From Oculina patagonica (taxonomy: Eukaryota): a stretch of 64,000 bases of DNA. The DNA is taken from contig NC_135761.1 of NCBI RefSeq assembly GCF_052425735.1, positions 46,066,001 to 46,130,000 of the forward strand, read 5' to 3'. Under the pieces are notes generated by a model, which worked only from the letters and a program-made list of their open reading frames with translations, was not told where the DNA came from and searched no databases. Position 1 is the first letter of the stretch; each line of letters begins with the position of its first letter. Below are positions 13,923 to 24,800 of the stretch, in pieces. The translations under genes and the position numbers were made by a program.

Positions 13923-14145
13923 GCATAACACGAACTGCATTAAGATGGACACCGGATAGTGGAAGAAGGAAGAAAGGACGTCCACGGGAGACTTGGAGGA
14001 GGACGATCGAGGCAGAAATGAAAACAGCAGGGAAGATGTGGAAAGAACTTGAGAAGGCAGCCATGGAAAGGAGCAATGGAAATCTCTGGTCTCAGCCTCA
14101 TGTGCCTCCTAGGCGCGAAGAGGATTATGTTATGTTATGTTATGT
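13923..14145 (+). mobile_element. 5'-truncated RTE-like LINE 3' end with (TTATG)n tail
   Basis: Encodes ITRTALRWTPDSGRRKKGRPRETWRRTIEAEMK, typical of the C-terminus of RTE-type ORFs; 12-bp TSD TATGTTTGCTTA at 13911-13922 and 14146-14157. Confidence 0.8.
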
Positions 14146-14354
14146 TATGTTTGCTTAAAGTTCTATATACCGATAATCTAAAGAAAGTGTTCTTATTTAT
14201 TTTCATGGATTTTTAAATATTTGATTTAAAAAAATAGTATAACCACTTTAATGGAAAAAGAAAAATTGAAAGGTACCGGTAAATTAACAAAAGTAAACCA
14301 TGCCCCCAGTTGGGTCTTGATCCTTTGTTTATGTTGGAACTGCCTGTAGAATCT

Positions 14355-17300
14355 TCATTCCAGCTTCGATGGATCAATCATGTGCCTGCTGACATTTCTT
14401 GCACCAATCAATAAACAGCCACAGAACAAAGAAGCCAGTTCAAGAGCAACAAAAACAGCTCCCCAGTCATAGGACTTGCTGATTGTCGTCAGAGGAATTC
14501 CTGCAAGGGTCGCTCCAACTGGGTACAAAAAAAAATAAGAAGAAGCCATCAATATGCTCATATCAATATGTTATTCCCCACACGTTTTTCAACATGCTGT
14601 TTGAAATGAGCCAATCAAAATCGATGCATACTGGTGTTGGTTTCATTAAAAAAGAGCCCACAAGTTCAGAATGTCATGCTAGTGGGTTGTGATTGGCGAA
14701 TTTCAATCCATCTCATTTGTCTAGCACATCGAAAGATGGATGTCGATAGAAAGCCACTTTGCACGTAACACTGAAAGCCGGTGATAATTGAGTTTTTAGA
14801 GGTTGTAAAATCATATTTATCACAACCTTAAAATATTTGAGGGAAATATTACATTTGTGGTAAATTTTTACACTTTACACTAGTGGCTTCTACAATTACC
14901 GGGTATTATCTAACTTGCTTTTACAATTCCCCAACCTTTGCCTTCCCTTTTTCCAGTGAATCAACCCTGGTGATCTGCCTTGCCTTATATAAAGTAACTA
15001 GTGGTAACTATTTAACAGAATAAGATCTCACCATTTGCTGCAAGGGCAACAATCGCATGCGATGTTCCAGACAGTCCTGGGGGACCATTCTCCATGGCTA
15101 AGACTCCATACAAGTTAATGGCTGTGTAAAGTGAAAATCCTATGCCGAATATCAATGCTGAGATAAACCACTGCAATGGAACAAAAGGCATCTAAGTACT
15201 GAAAACCTCCAATGTTGTAACAACAGGGCTTTTTTTTTTTTAAAGTAAAACCAGTGAGCAGCACGTCTGCGAACTACTTGAGTTGTAAAACTTTTTTATT
15301 TTCTCCTACGCGTTTCGTGTGACTAGTGCACACTTCTTCAGGGAGTTTAACAATACAATCAAGTATACCTGTATATATACCTAGATACAATTCTGCATTT
15401 CGCAAAAAAACACCTACGGATATGCGTATACAAACCGCTAAGTAATCTTAAACTGTGGGCCCCAAATAGTTATGTCACACTCAAAGTATGTCACACCTTT
15501 AATATTTTTCCGCCTGTTTCCTAGACGCATTACTTAGCGGTTTGTATACGCATATCCGTAGGTGTTTTTTTGCGAAATGCAGAATTGTATCTAGGTATAT
15601 ATACAGGTATACTTGATTGTATTGTTAAACTCCCTGAAGAAGTGTGCACTAGTCACACGAAACGCGTAGGAGAAAATAAAAAAGTTTTACAACTCAAGTA
15701 GTTCGCAGACGTGCTGCTCACTGGTTTTACTTTAAAAAATTCCAACTTTGCTTTTTGGACAAGTTCCCTTGCCCATCAGGCAAGTGAAAATGAAAAAGAA
15801 ACTTGCTGGGCAGAAAAATCCATTTGTCCTGGATGACCAGCAGCACATTTTCCGAGCACTGAACAAAGGCTTGGGAAATTATCAGGATATTGGCAAAATG
15901 CACATAACATTGTTTCCTACTTTTACTCTTTGCAATTTGATTTAACTTTTACAAATCAATTTATATGTATAAATAAAAGGAAAACATTCCATACCAATGA
16001 TGTAGTTGATGTCACAGCTGTATGTAAGAGGTACAAGCATGCTAGCTGAATAAATGCAAAGTAAATCATGGGAGAAATTCTGGGGCTGGACACTGTTGAC
16101 ATTCCATACTATGAAAAAAATACAAGCTATGTTAAAGTAATTTTGTTGACAACATGTTGCTAATTAATACATATAAAAACATGCAAGCATAGCCCAAAAA
16201 ATGTAGGGCACAGGCCTTCCTGACCTTCCACACAATCTACTCTGGTAACTCCAAAAAAATGCATATTTCAATGCATATAGTGATTAGTTTATACAAATTC
16301 TGTTCAAACTAGAATGTAATAAGAAAATATAAACGACGATTACATATTCTTTACATAGATGGTAAGATAGAGTCTACTGATTGTCGCATTGGCTCAACTT
16401 TAACTAAGCCTAAAGAAGTATAATGGCATGCCCCCTTCCTCCCATCCCCCTCCCCCCAAAACAACCACCAAGCCTTCCCCTCAGGCTCATAAAAAAGTTA
16501 ATGGTCCTGAAATAATTTTGTGTCCTACCTTTCGCACCAGTTTGTCAGTTACATAACCAGATGCTACACTGCCAAAGAGTCCACCAATTTCTAAAAAGCT
16601 TATAGCAATACTACCTGAGGAAAACAAAAAACAATCAGTGAGTTACACTGCTACATGACAAAATAATGGGGCCTGTAGAATTTTGGATTCTAAAAACTGA
16701 GGTCAAAGGTTGAAAAAGTTCAAATAATAGGTAAAGTCTGCATTGAGCCAAGTGGCCATACCACTGAAGCTAAGCTTAGCCCAGTTTCCAAAGCATGAAG
16801 TGACTAGGAGTATTTCTACTCCCCCTGGATGGGTGCTAGTCCAATGCAGGGTTACCCCTCTCCCCAGCATTAGTTTGCCTGTAAGGCCATAGGGAGGTGC
16901 AGTGGCCTAATGGTTGGTGCACTGGACTCCAGATCAAGTGGTCTGGGTTTGAGCCCTAGCCAGGGTCATTGTGTTGTGTTCTTGGGCAAAACACCCAGGT
17001 GTATAAATGGGTACCAGGGATTTTAATGCTGGAGGTCAACACAGGTCATAGACTTGCTCCAAGTCGCTCGTTAGATTCGCAGGAGACCGCTGGATACAGA
17101 AACGGAGGGCGCGCGCGGGTATGAGAAACAAAATGGCGGAGGATCGTTGCGGAACGAGCGACTTGTCTCACCTGCAGCGCACCAATTCTGAAATATGGCG
17201 TCACCGGTGGATTTTTCCACCGGTGACGCCATCGAGATTATGTCAATCATATTGTATTGCGCGCGAACTTACTGAGCGCGCTGTGCCCGCCAACTTAGCG

Positions 17301-19794
17301 CGCGCTGCTCGCGAGACAGGCTTGCGTTTAACTTTTCACCTCTTGAGCAGACTTGTTTCCTTCTCACATCGGCTGTTAAACCGTTTTAGAACAAACAACA
17401 CAAATGTCTTTTTTGTACATGTCCCTTTTAAATCTTATAGAAATGAGAGAGCCATCAAGGGCCTTGAGTATGATTTCCCACAAAAAAGGGAAGAAAAGCG
17501 CAATTTTAACACACGCCACAGCGCGCGTCAGCTGCACACGGCGTACGAAACTGACGTCAATACGATAAAAGAAACCAATTCAGTGCACACAAGCATGATG
17601 CAATTTTTCGCGGCAATAAACGTCAGCCAGAATCGATTTCCTGCAAGTGACACAAGTCGCTCGTTCCGAGCTTTTCCTAACTGTTTGTTTTCCTTCGGGC
17701 GCGCGTTCACAGAAATGAATCCCGCGTGATCTCTCGCACGCGATTTAAAAGGTGATTAAACTCAAGTGGTCTTTCTCGCTTGATTTCAAAGCGATTTTAT
17801 TTAAGTAACTATAGATGCAAAGAAAAAAACGAGCGACTTGGGGCAAGTCTACACAGGTCACTGCGATGGACTAGCATCTCATCCAAGGGGGCAGTAGAAA
17901 TACTCCTAGTCACTTCATTCTATGGAAAACCGGGAAAAGCTTTGGCCTGATGGGCCACTAGGCTCCTATTACCCATTTACACTCACTATCATATTGTGAT
18001 TTTCCTATTGTCTGCATCAAGAAGAGCTGTGACCACTCGCCGACTCCTGTTTTCACAAACAGTGTCATAAGATACCCAGCACTTAAAATCCACAAAAACG
18101 GACTCAGTAACATTGCTTTAATCTGTTCTCTCTTATTTTTCACTGTCTTTTGTTCTGTTCTTGACATCATTGTAGTTCTTTGGTTAAATTCATCCAGCCC
18201 TATCTCTGATGGAGAGTCACAAATAACACAATAAACTAAGACAGACATTACAGCTGTGCTGATACCAGGAGTGATGAACGCTGCCGACCAGCCATAGTTT
18301 GTAGTTAGAAATGCTGTTAATATTGGTGATAAGCTTGTTGCTAGGTTACATCCAGCCGTGAGAAGGCTCCAAAGTGTACCAAACTGAAATAAAGGGGGCA
18401 TACACTCTTTCAGTTCCAATTAAAAAAACATTAATTGAAACCATGACTAGGTGTAAAAGAAATGAGTGTAAATAACAGCAGCTTCCCCTTAGAGTAGAAT
18501 GTCCTTTATTTCCTAATCCATATACCGTAAAAACTCTATTAAAACCCCTCTTATTTGGGAGGTGCTTATTTCAAACCATATATCAGTAAGGGTACCAATA
18601 AAAAGTAAAGTGGACTTTTTGATGTTTAATTGCTGTTTAGTAACATTTTCACAAAATAGTAAACATGTAATTGTAAAATTTTGTAAAATGTAATTTATTT
18701 ACCCACATCACACAGAAGAGCTCTCAGGAGCTTGTTGGGACGAGCTCTATAGGCTTAAAAGTGAATGTAGTGGATAAGCAACTTTACTACACATTTCAAT
18801 TACATACAAACTCTGAAGTTTAAAACCCAACTAACAAAATTATTGTGTCTTTTGGCTGTTGTCAAACAAAGTTATCTCAACAGCCAATGAACCTTGAAAA
18901 CAGAAACAAACAAAATGGATCGCAAACTACCAATCAAAACCAACAGACATGACCTTTAAAACCGCTGAATGGAAATTCTGCTTCCTGAGAGGTCCGTTTA
19001 GATGATTGACTGCAGCGAAAAACGTAACTGTTGACTTGAGCTGAGTTCGCGTGTCATTGAAAGGCACAGGAAAAGTGTAATATCATGTTTTCTTGTTCAA
19101 CACCTGTTATGATTTACCATTTATGGCAGGGTTGGGTGGGGGGGGGGGCTTATTTAAAAGATCCAACTTCCAGAGGGGGCTTATCATAAAGGGGGCTTAT
19201 TAACAAAGCCTCTTTGTTAATAAGCCCCCCTCTGGAAGTTAAATAATTTTCCCTGGGATTCCCAGTGACCTACCCCTGGGGAAACAGGTGATTATCTAAA
19301 AAAATTCCCTCCATAATAAATGTTAAACTTACACATATATATTGACTATTCTACCCCACAAAAAAGTAAAAGGTTACCTCGTAGGGGGAAAACCATTCTC
19401 GGAGCAACTTGGTACATGGCGGCCAACCACAACCTTGTGCTAATCCATTGACGCTCCAAAGAAATGTCAACAACCATACGTTACCAGTAAAACCGATTAT
19501 AATGTTTATAATACCAGTTAATAACATTCCCGCTGTAAACATCGTCCTAGGACTCAAGGAATCAGACAAAAGTCCGCCGGTAAATTTACCGACTCCGTAC
19601 ATCGCCGCAAAGCCACTCGTTATCACTCCAAGCTCGTTCTTTTTTAATTTTAGATCCCGTATTAAAGCCGGTATAGCAAATGTGTATGATTTTCTGGAGA
19701 AGTAATAAGAGGAATAACCTAGAAACAGCGAAATATAAACCGTCCATCGTATTCTTTGATAACGATGAAAATTTGAGTCCTTCGGAGCCGCCAT
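14355..19794 (-). CDS. SLC37A4: Glucose-6-phosphate exchanger SLC37A4-like (MFS/OPA family), 6 exons, about 438 aa
   Basis: Exons 19794-19378, 18383-17987, 16614-16529, 16108-15995, 15170-15032, 14518-14355; GT-AG and in frame (1317 nt). Motifs [69 protein letters not shown]. Confidence 0.92.
15303..15345 (-). ncRNA. Minimal type I hammerhead ribozyme motif (mirror copy, sense in SLC37A4 pre-mRNA)
   Basis: Exact reverse complement of 15630-15672. Confidence 0.8.
15630..15672 (+). ncRNA. Minimal type I hammerhead ribozyme motif
   Basis: CTCC-CTGAAGA-A-GTGTG(cactagt)CACAC-GAAA-CGCG-TA-GGAG: stem I CTCC/GGAG, core CUGANGA and GAAA, 5-bp stem II, palindromic loop III, UA cleavage site. Confidence 0.8.
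16730..16880 (-). mobile_element. tRNA-derived SINE 3' part, inverted relative to the neighbouring copy
   Basis: Reverse complement of GGACTAGCATC...AGTAGAAATACTCCTAGTCACTTCAT seen at about 17868-17920. Confidence 0.65.
16892..17965 (+). mobile_element. tRNA-derived SINE interrupted by an 803-bp DNA transposon
   Basis: Head GGGAGGTGCAGTGGCCTAATGG...GGGTTTGAGCCC at 16892-16957; the body resumes at about 17861. Other copies at about 47150-47395, 62590-62872 and 63575-63725 (all -). Confidence 0.75.
17049..17851. mobile_element. Non-autonomous DNA transposon with 24-bp TIR and 9-bp TSD (AcademH-like or MULE-like)
   Basis: CACAGGTCA|TAGACTTGCTCCAAGTCGCTCGTT ... AACGAGCGACTTGGGGCAAGTCTA|CACAGGTCA; TIR 23/24 identical; CpG-rich interior. 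Confidence 0.88.
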
Positions 19795-20172
19795 GTTTGT
19801 GTTTGTATCACGTGACCAGGCGTAAAAATTTACTTTCCCTCTCCTCTCTACTCATTTGCGCACAAACCGACTTCTGTTCGTTGCAAGCGCGATGTGATAT
19901 GAATAATTTTTAACATAAAAATAAATGTTTCAAATATTAAAAAAATAACGAGAACCTCATAAACAGTTTTTTATATTTCTGTTTAGTTTTCAGAATTGTC
20001 CTTTTTTATAAAAGAGAAACTGCAAAAAGAGGTTGTATCGTTTTCAATACTTCAAAGACAGTTGAATGAGAAGTCATATCTCGATATTAAATGTGACCGG
20101 AATCTAATAGGAAAACAAGAGATTGCTATTTCGGTGCCTTCAGTGTGGCTTCTGAGCTGTTTTCTAAGCTAA

Positions 20173-20223
20173 GAAATAACTTCAACATGCGCTAAATTTA
20201 TGAGCGCATGTTGAAGTTATTTC
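20173..20223. repeat. Perfect 21-bp hairpin with 9-nt loop
   Basis: GAAATAACTTCAACATGCGCT-aaatttatg-AGCGCATGTTGAAGTTATTTC. Confidence 0.85.
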
Positions 20224-21895
20224 CTTATCACGTTGATAAACCTTTGCCTTTTAGGTTTGCATCCCTTTTTGGCCTGTTTACACAATGTACGAAATAATCC
20301 ACTAAAAAGATACTAATAAATTGACGGCAATTGTTCAAATGCAACAGAAAATCAGTATAAATGGCCGGACCAGAAGAAAATAGACACAGCTGTCCGCACT
20401 CATTTTTTTTTCGGATTTGTGCGATACTTGTGAGGTTGTCATCAAGGGGTCAAAAAAAAAGTGACTGAAAAAAAAAAAAGATAATAAAAGTGTAAAAAAA
20501 GATAAAACGAGAATCAGACAAGATTTCTCAATGTCACTCATTGAGTAAGATTCTCCTGCGTATGGCCAAACGAAATTGAATCCCACTTTGGCCGCACACA
20601 TGAGTGAAAAGGACGGAATCGAATGCCTACAAGTGTCATTTATACTGATAACTTTCAATAAGAAGGAATGATCACTTTAGCAAAATTGGTCTGTCTTTTA
20701 ATTTTTTTTCTCAGTAAAGTTTCAAATGCTGTTTTAACGTGTTTACGAGTGTTTCATTGATTTGAACAGTTTGAAAAGAGCCTGGCCTTATGCGTCAGAA
20801 CTGTAAGAGTGAGACGAGCCTCGAGTTTTCGGTATATTTTACTGCTGTCGTTAATTATATATTTTCATATATTAGCAGTTAGTATACCAATAATGACACA
20901 GCTTGCTAGCATCGTTTCTTTTGGCAAATAGACTTAAAGTTATTGCTCGGAAACGTGATAGATTTATTTTCAAAGTTGAGCAATACTTTTTTGGATCGAG
21001 TGGGCGCAGTTCTAAGACTTCTAACGTGTGGGAGCACTTACGTAAAATTTCTAGTCAAGGTATAAAAGGCGCTGATTCGTGGGTTGAAGCTAAGCGAAGG
21101 AAGATGGTATTAGTCTTTTTATTCAGTCAAATATATATGCCCAATAATAAATTCTCGCCTTTATCCGAGGATGCCAATTCAATTATATATTTTCTTGACG
21201 CAATGATTGGCTTTTTCGTTTTCCTTTTCACTTTTTGTGACAAAAAACAGAACATTTATACAGCTGCAACCTCGGGTTTCTATATGAAATGATTCGAATT
21301 GATTTTTAGTTTAGGATAAACACAAAAGCCTTCCATTGATGAAAACAATTATTAACAAGGCTGTCATTTTTCACAAAAGATGTTTGCTTAAGTCAAAATC
21401 TCAACGTTTAGCGCAATAACACATACAGAAGCTGTAGTACCTTCCTTGTTTCAAATACATGGACGAGAATAAACTCATTCGAATTCCTTTTAAATTGAAT
21501 CTGAGTTATTAAACTCCCGCGCACCGGCAATACGTGAAGGCGGGGGAAACAGGCCAATCACTTAAACAAACAAGTTGCAAAAGCTTTTCTATTGTTATAT
21601 TCAAGAAAAATCACAGAAACATGTATAATTAGAATGCGGGTAAACACAGAAATATAATGATCCGTAATTGAAAACGCGGCCTTTGAAAATGGAAAAGATA
21701 TCGTTTTCTTTTACGATCTTTAAAGTGATCTCTTTACATGACTTCCTGGTACGTCGATAAAAGCGAAGCAAGCTGGTAGACTTGAGCGTAGAAACAAAGG
21801 ATTTATAACAATTCGTAGCACCAATCAATAATCGTTTAATTTGTATTTATCCTGGATAGAAGTTGTTCAGAAAGAAGCTACACAACATTTCCTAA

Positions 21896-24800
21896 ATGAA
21901 TTCAACAGACAACCAAACTGATTCTACGCCGGCCAAGTTATTATGCGAAAACTTCGCCGAACTTATCTCGATGGCAACTATACAGTTCTTGTCATTCTTG
22001 GCTAATCTCGTGGCAGCAATAGCGATTTGGAAGCTCCCTGGCTTGGAAGAAAACAGATGTCATCTTGTGGTTCGGACACTAGTCGTTAGCGATTTGCTAA
22101 TTCCTTTATCAACGCTGCCATTTTCTATCATCTCGTATGCAAACTGTGCCTGGACGGGAGGCAAAATTCTGTGCTCCATTACAGCATTCATCTCTACTAC
22201 GTTTTTGAGCTGGTCGTTTCTCATCGTGTTTGTTATGTGCCTGCTTCGTTTTCTAGCCGTAACAAGACCTTTGTACTACAGAAACCAAATTACATGTGCG
22301 ATGGTTCAGAAGGCACTAGTTCTTGGCCTAATTTGGCCGTGTTTACATTTAATCTTGCCTGCAACGGGCTTTGGAAGGTTTCGTTTATACGAGAAGGGAT
22401 TATACTGCGCTCTCGACCTCACGTCAGAAGAGCCCAGAGGAAAAAGTTTGCTTTATGCCACAGTAGTTGAAGGAGGTCTCGTCACCGTGGCATTGCTGTA
22501 TTTTTGCACGACTATTTTGTGTTCTATTAAGAAGAAGCGAAGAGTGAATAGTCTACTGTCCGAGCAACAGCAGAGAGGGGCAGGCATTCACAAGGTTAAC
22601 AAACAACAAGGAGGCTTCGCTCGGCTGACGTTTGTGATTGTTGTGTTGTTTTGCGCTTGCTACGTTCCTTTCTTGGTAAGTATTGCAGCGCATGCAGCTA
22701 ATTAGAACAGTCAATTATAAATGGTAAACAAGTGGCTGTGAGTAGTGACATTATAGGTTTTCCAAGTAAAAAAGTAAAAACTCGAAGGGAAGAAATAGTC
22801 GCATCACCCAAGTGTCCATATAACAAGGGCAAAATTAAGTTGAATCTGAACTCTTTAAGACCCTATCAATAAACTGTCCGTAAAAGCGAAACGTCTTTAT
22901 TATAAATTTTATAATACGAATTTTTACTCAGAACCTTCCATGAAAAAGAGAACTGTCCAAAATATTTTAAGACGAAGTATCTCCATTACAGAGGCAAATT
23001 TTGGTAAATTTTGGTATGAGTTCGAAGTCAGTTCATATAAGGGTGCCCGCTGCCTGCAAAGGAAATTTACCGAGACTGTTCAAAGCTCTCGTAGGAAAAA
23101 ACAAAGAGTGGACTGGGAGAGAGAGAGGACTGGAGGCAAAGAGGGGCAGGTCGTCGAGTGCTTAGTAGCCCTGCGTGACCAGCGTTCAAAAGGAAGGATG
23201 GAGGAGGGGAGTCTGAGCGCGAGTAGAACGCAAAGCGCGATTGGGGGCAGGAGGGGGGGGGGGGGGCAGAACTCTCCATCTCCCTCCCATTTAAACGCCG
23301 GCCACGCAGGCTAAGTGCATAGAAGCGCGTGAAAGCTTGGATGGGTGACAGGGGAAAGAAAATGGTTCCCTCCTCTTCCCCTCTTAAAAATTTTGTTTGC
23401 TCGCTTTTCCACTCGCATGTCGCGCTCTTGTAAAAGAAAACGATTGCTACAAATGGAAACAAGCTTGTTTCAAGATTCTATTTTCAAACTTTTCTGTCAG
23501 TTCGATAATTCAGTAAGTCTAATGTCTCTTCACCTTGCTTTGACAATTTCAATTACCCAAACAAGCAAACAAACTAACAAAGAACAAACAAATCAGAAAA
23601 ACAGCCATCTCGACTTTTTAAAAACCAAATTCTCCAAGTAGTTTCGTAAAATGTTAAGGAGAATCTTGATTCTGATATTGTTCTGTTTGCGTTTTGTTTC
23701 AGTCTTACCGTGTTTTCATATTAATACGAGGTCCTTCCTCGTACAGCGACACCACTTACTTCTACTCGGAGCTGCTGGCTCATGTAAACCCTCTGTTAAA
23801 TCCTCTGGTTTATGTTCTGTGCAACAAACAGTATCGAGCTTCAATCAAGGATCTCTTTAAGAACTTCTGCTGTAAGAACAGATGCTGTCGCTTTGGTGAG
23901 AAATTTTACTTAACAGGTAAGTAAAATTGTATAAAAGAGGAAGGAACTCTTGCGCGGTAATTATACTGAATGCAAAGGACAAATAAGGTGGAAAGTGATA
24001 TTAAAATTAAAAGTGACTTCCGCTGTAACAAAATTGACACAAAAACGAAGCAACTTTTTGGCGATACTCGGCCTCCGAAAATTGACCGAACAAGGGCGTA
24101 GCTAGGGGAGAGGGGTCCTGGGGTGCCCGTAACTCCCGGTTTGTGAGCTAATGTTTTTTTTAAAAGGGCTACGTCACGGGGATTTCGCAGATTTTTGGTC
24201 TAAACTGCTCTGAAACTAGTGGTTGGCAACTTTACCCATGAAAAATATTATCTTTGAACATCTAAAGGAAGATATAACCTTAATTTGCCGATAGAAATCA
24301 AGTTACGGCTATTAATATCGATTTTTTGAAGACGCGCGAAAGCAGCTTGAAAAGTTAAGCCTTAATATTTCAAAGTGCAATCCATTTCCATCCTAGCCAT
24401 CCGAAACCAAAGACGCTTGTTAACAGTTTTAGTGCTCTAATATAGCATTTTTTTTTAAAAAAAAAATGAAACATTATTTTTAGGTTTCCTTCGAAACAAT
24501 ATAAATTTTGGCTGTTTAAAAATCTGGGAAAATACGTAAAAAGCCCCTTTAAGTCAACAAAATACAAACCTTATGATTTAGGTGGCGAAAACTTGCGAAT
24601 CCGAAGAATCAACATGGTTCAAATCTTTCTTTACCAGTGCTAGAAACTCCATTAATGCAGCTATTTTGTAGGCTTGTCCCTCCCCAACGCTTACTGCTCA
24701 TCTGCAAAAATGTCACTTTTAGTAAAAGACAGCGTGGTTGTCGACATGGCTGACATGGCAAACTGTCAAGTACCCTGGGTGTGACACAATGTTGTTACTA

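Larger units (their letters stand above)
15236..15739. repeat. Perfect 211-bp inverted repeat (arms 15236-15446 and 15529-15739, 82-bp spacer), probably Penelope-like-element derived
   Basis: The arms read as exact reverse complements; each arm holds a hammerhead motif. Confidence 0.92.
15224..15861. mobile_element. hAT-like MITE that hosts the foldback insertion
   Basis: CAGGGCT ... AGCACTG termini flanked by a 5-bp duplication AACAA (15219-15223 and 15862-15866). Confidence 0.55.

Noticed and set aside
17121-17729. 202-aa ORF
   Set aside because: Lies wholly inside the 803-bp TIR element, antisense within an intron, with no transposase or other recognisable motif; likely a chance ORF in GC-richer DNA.
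21896-23924. Opsin assignment for the GPCR
   Set aside because: His, not Lys, at the retinal-binding position in TM7.
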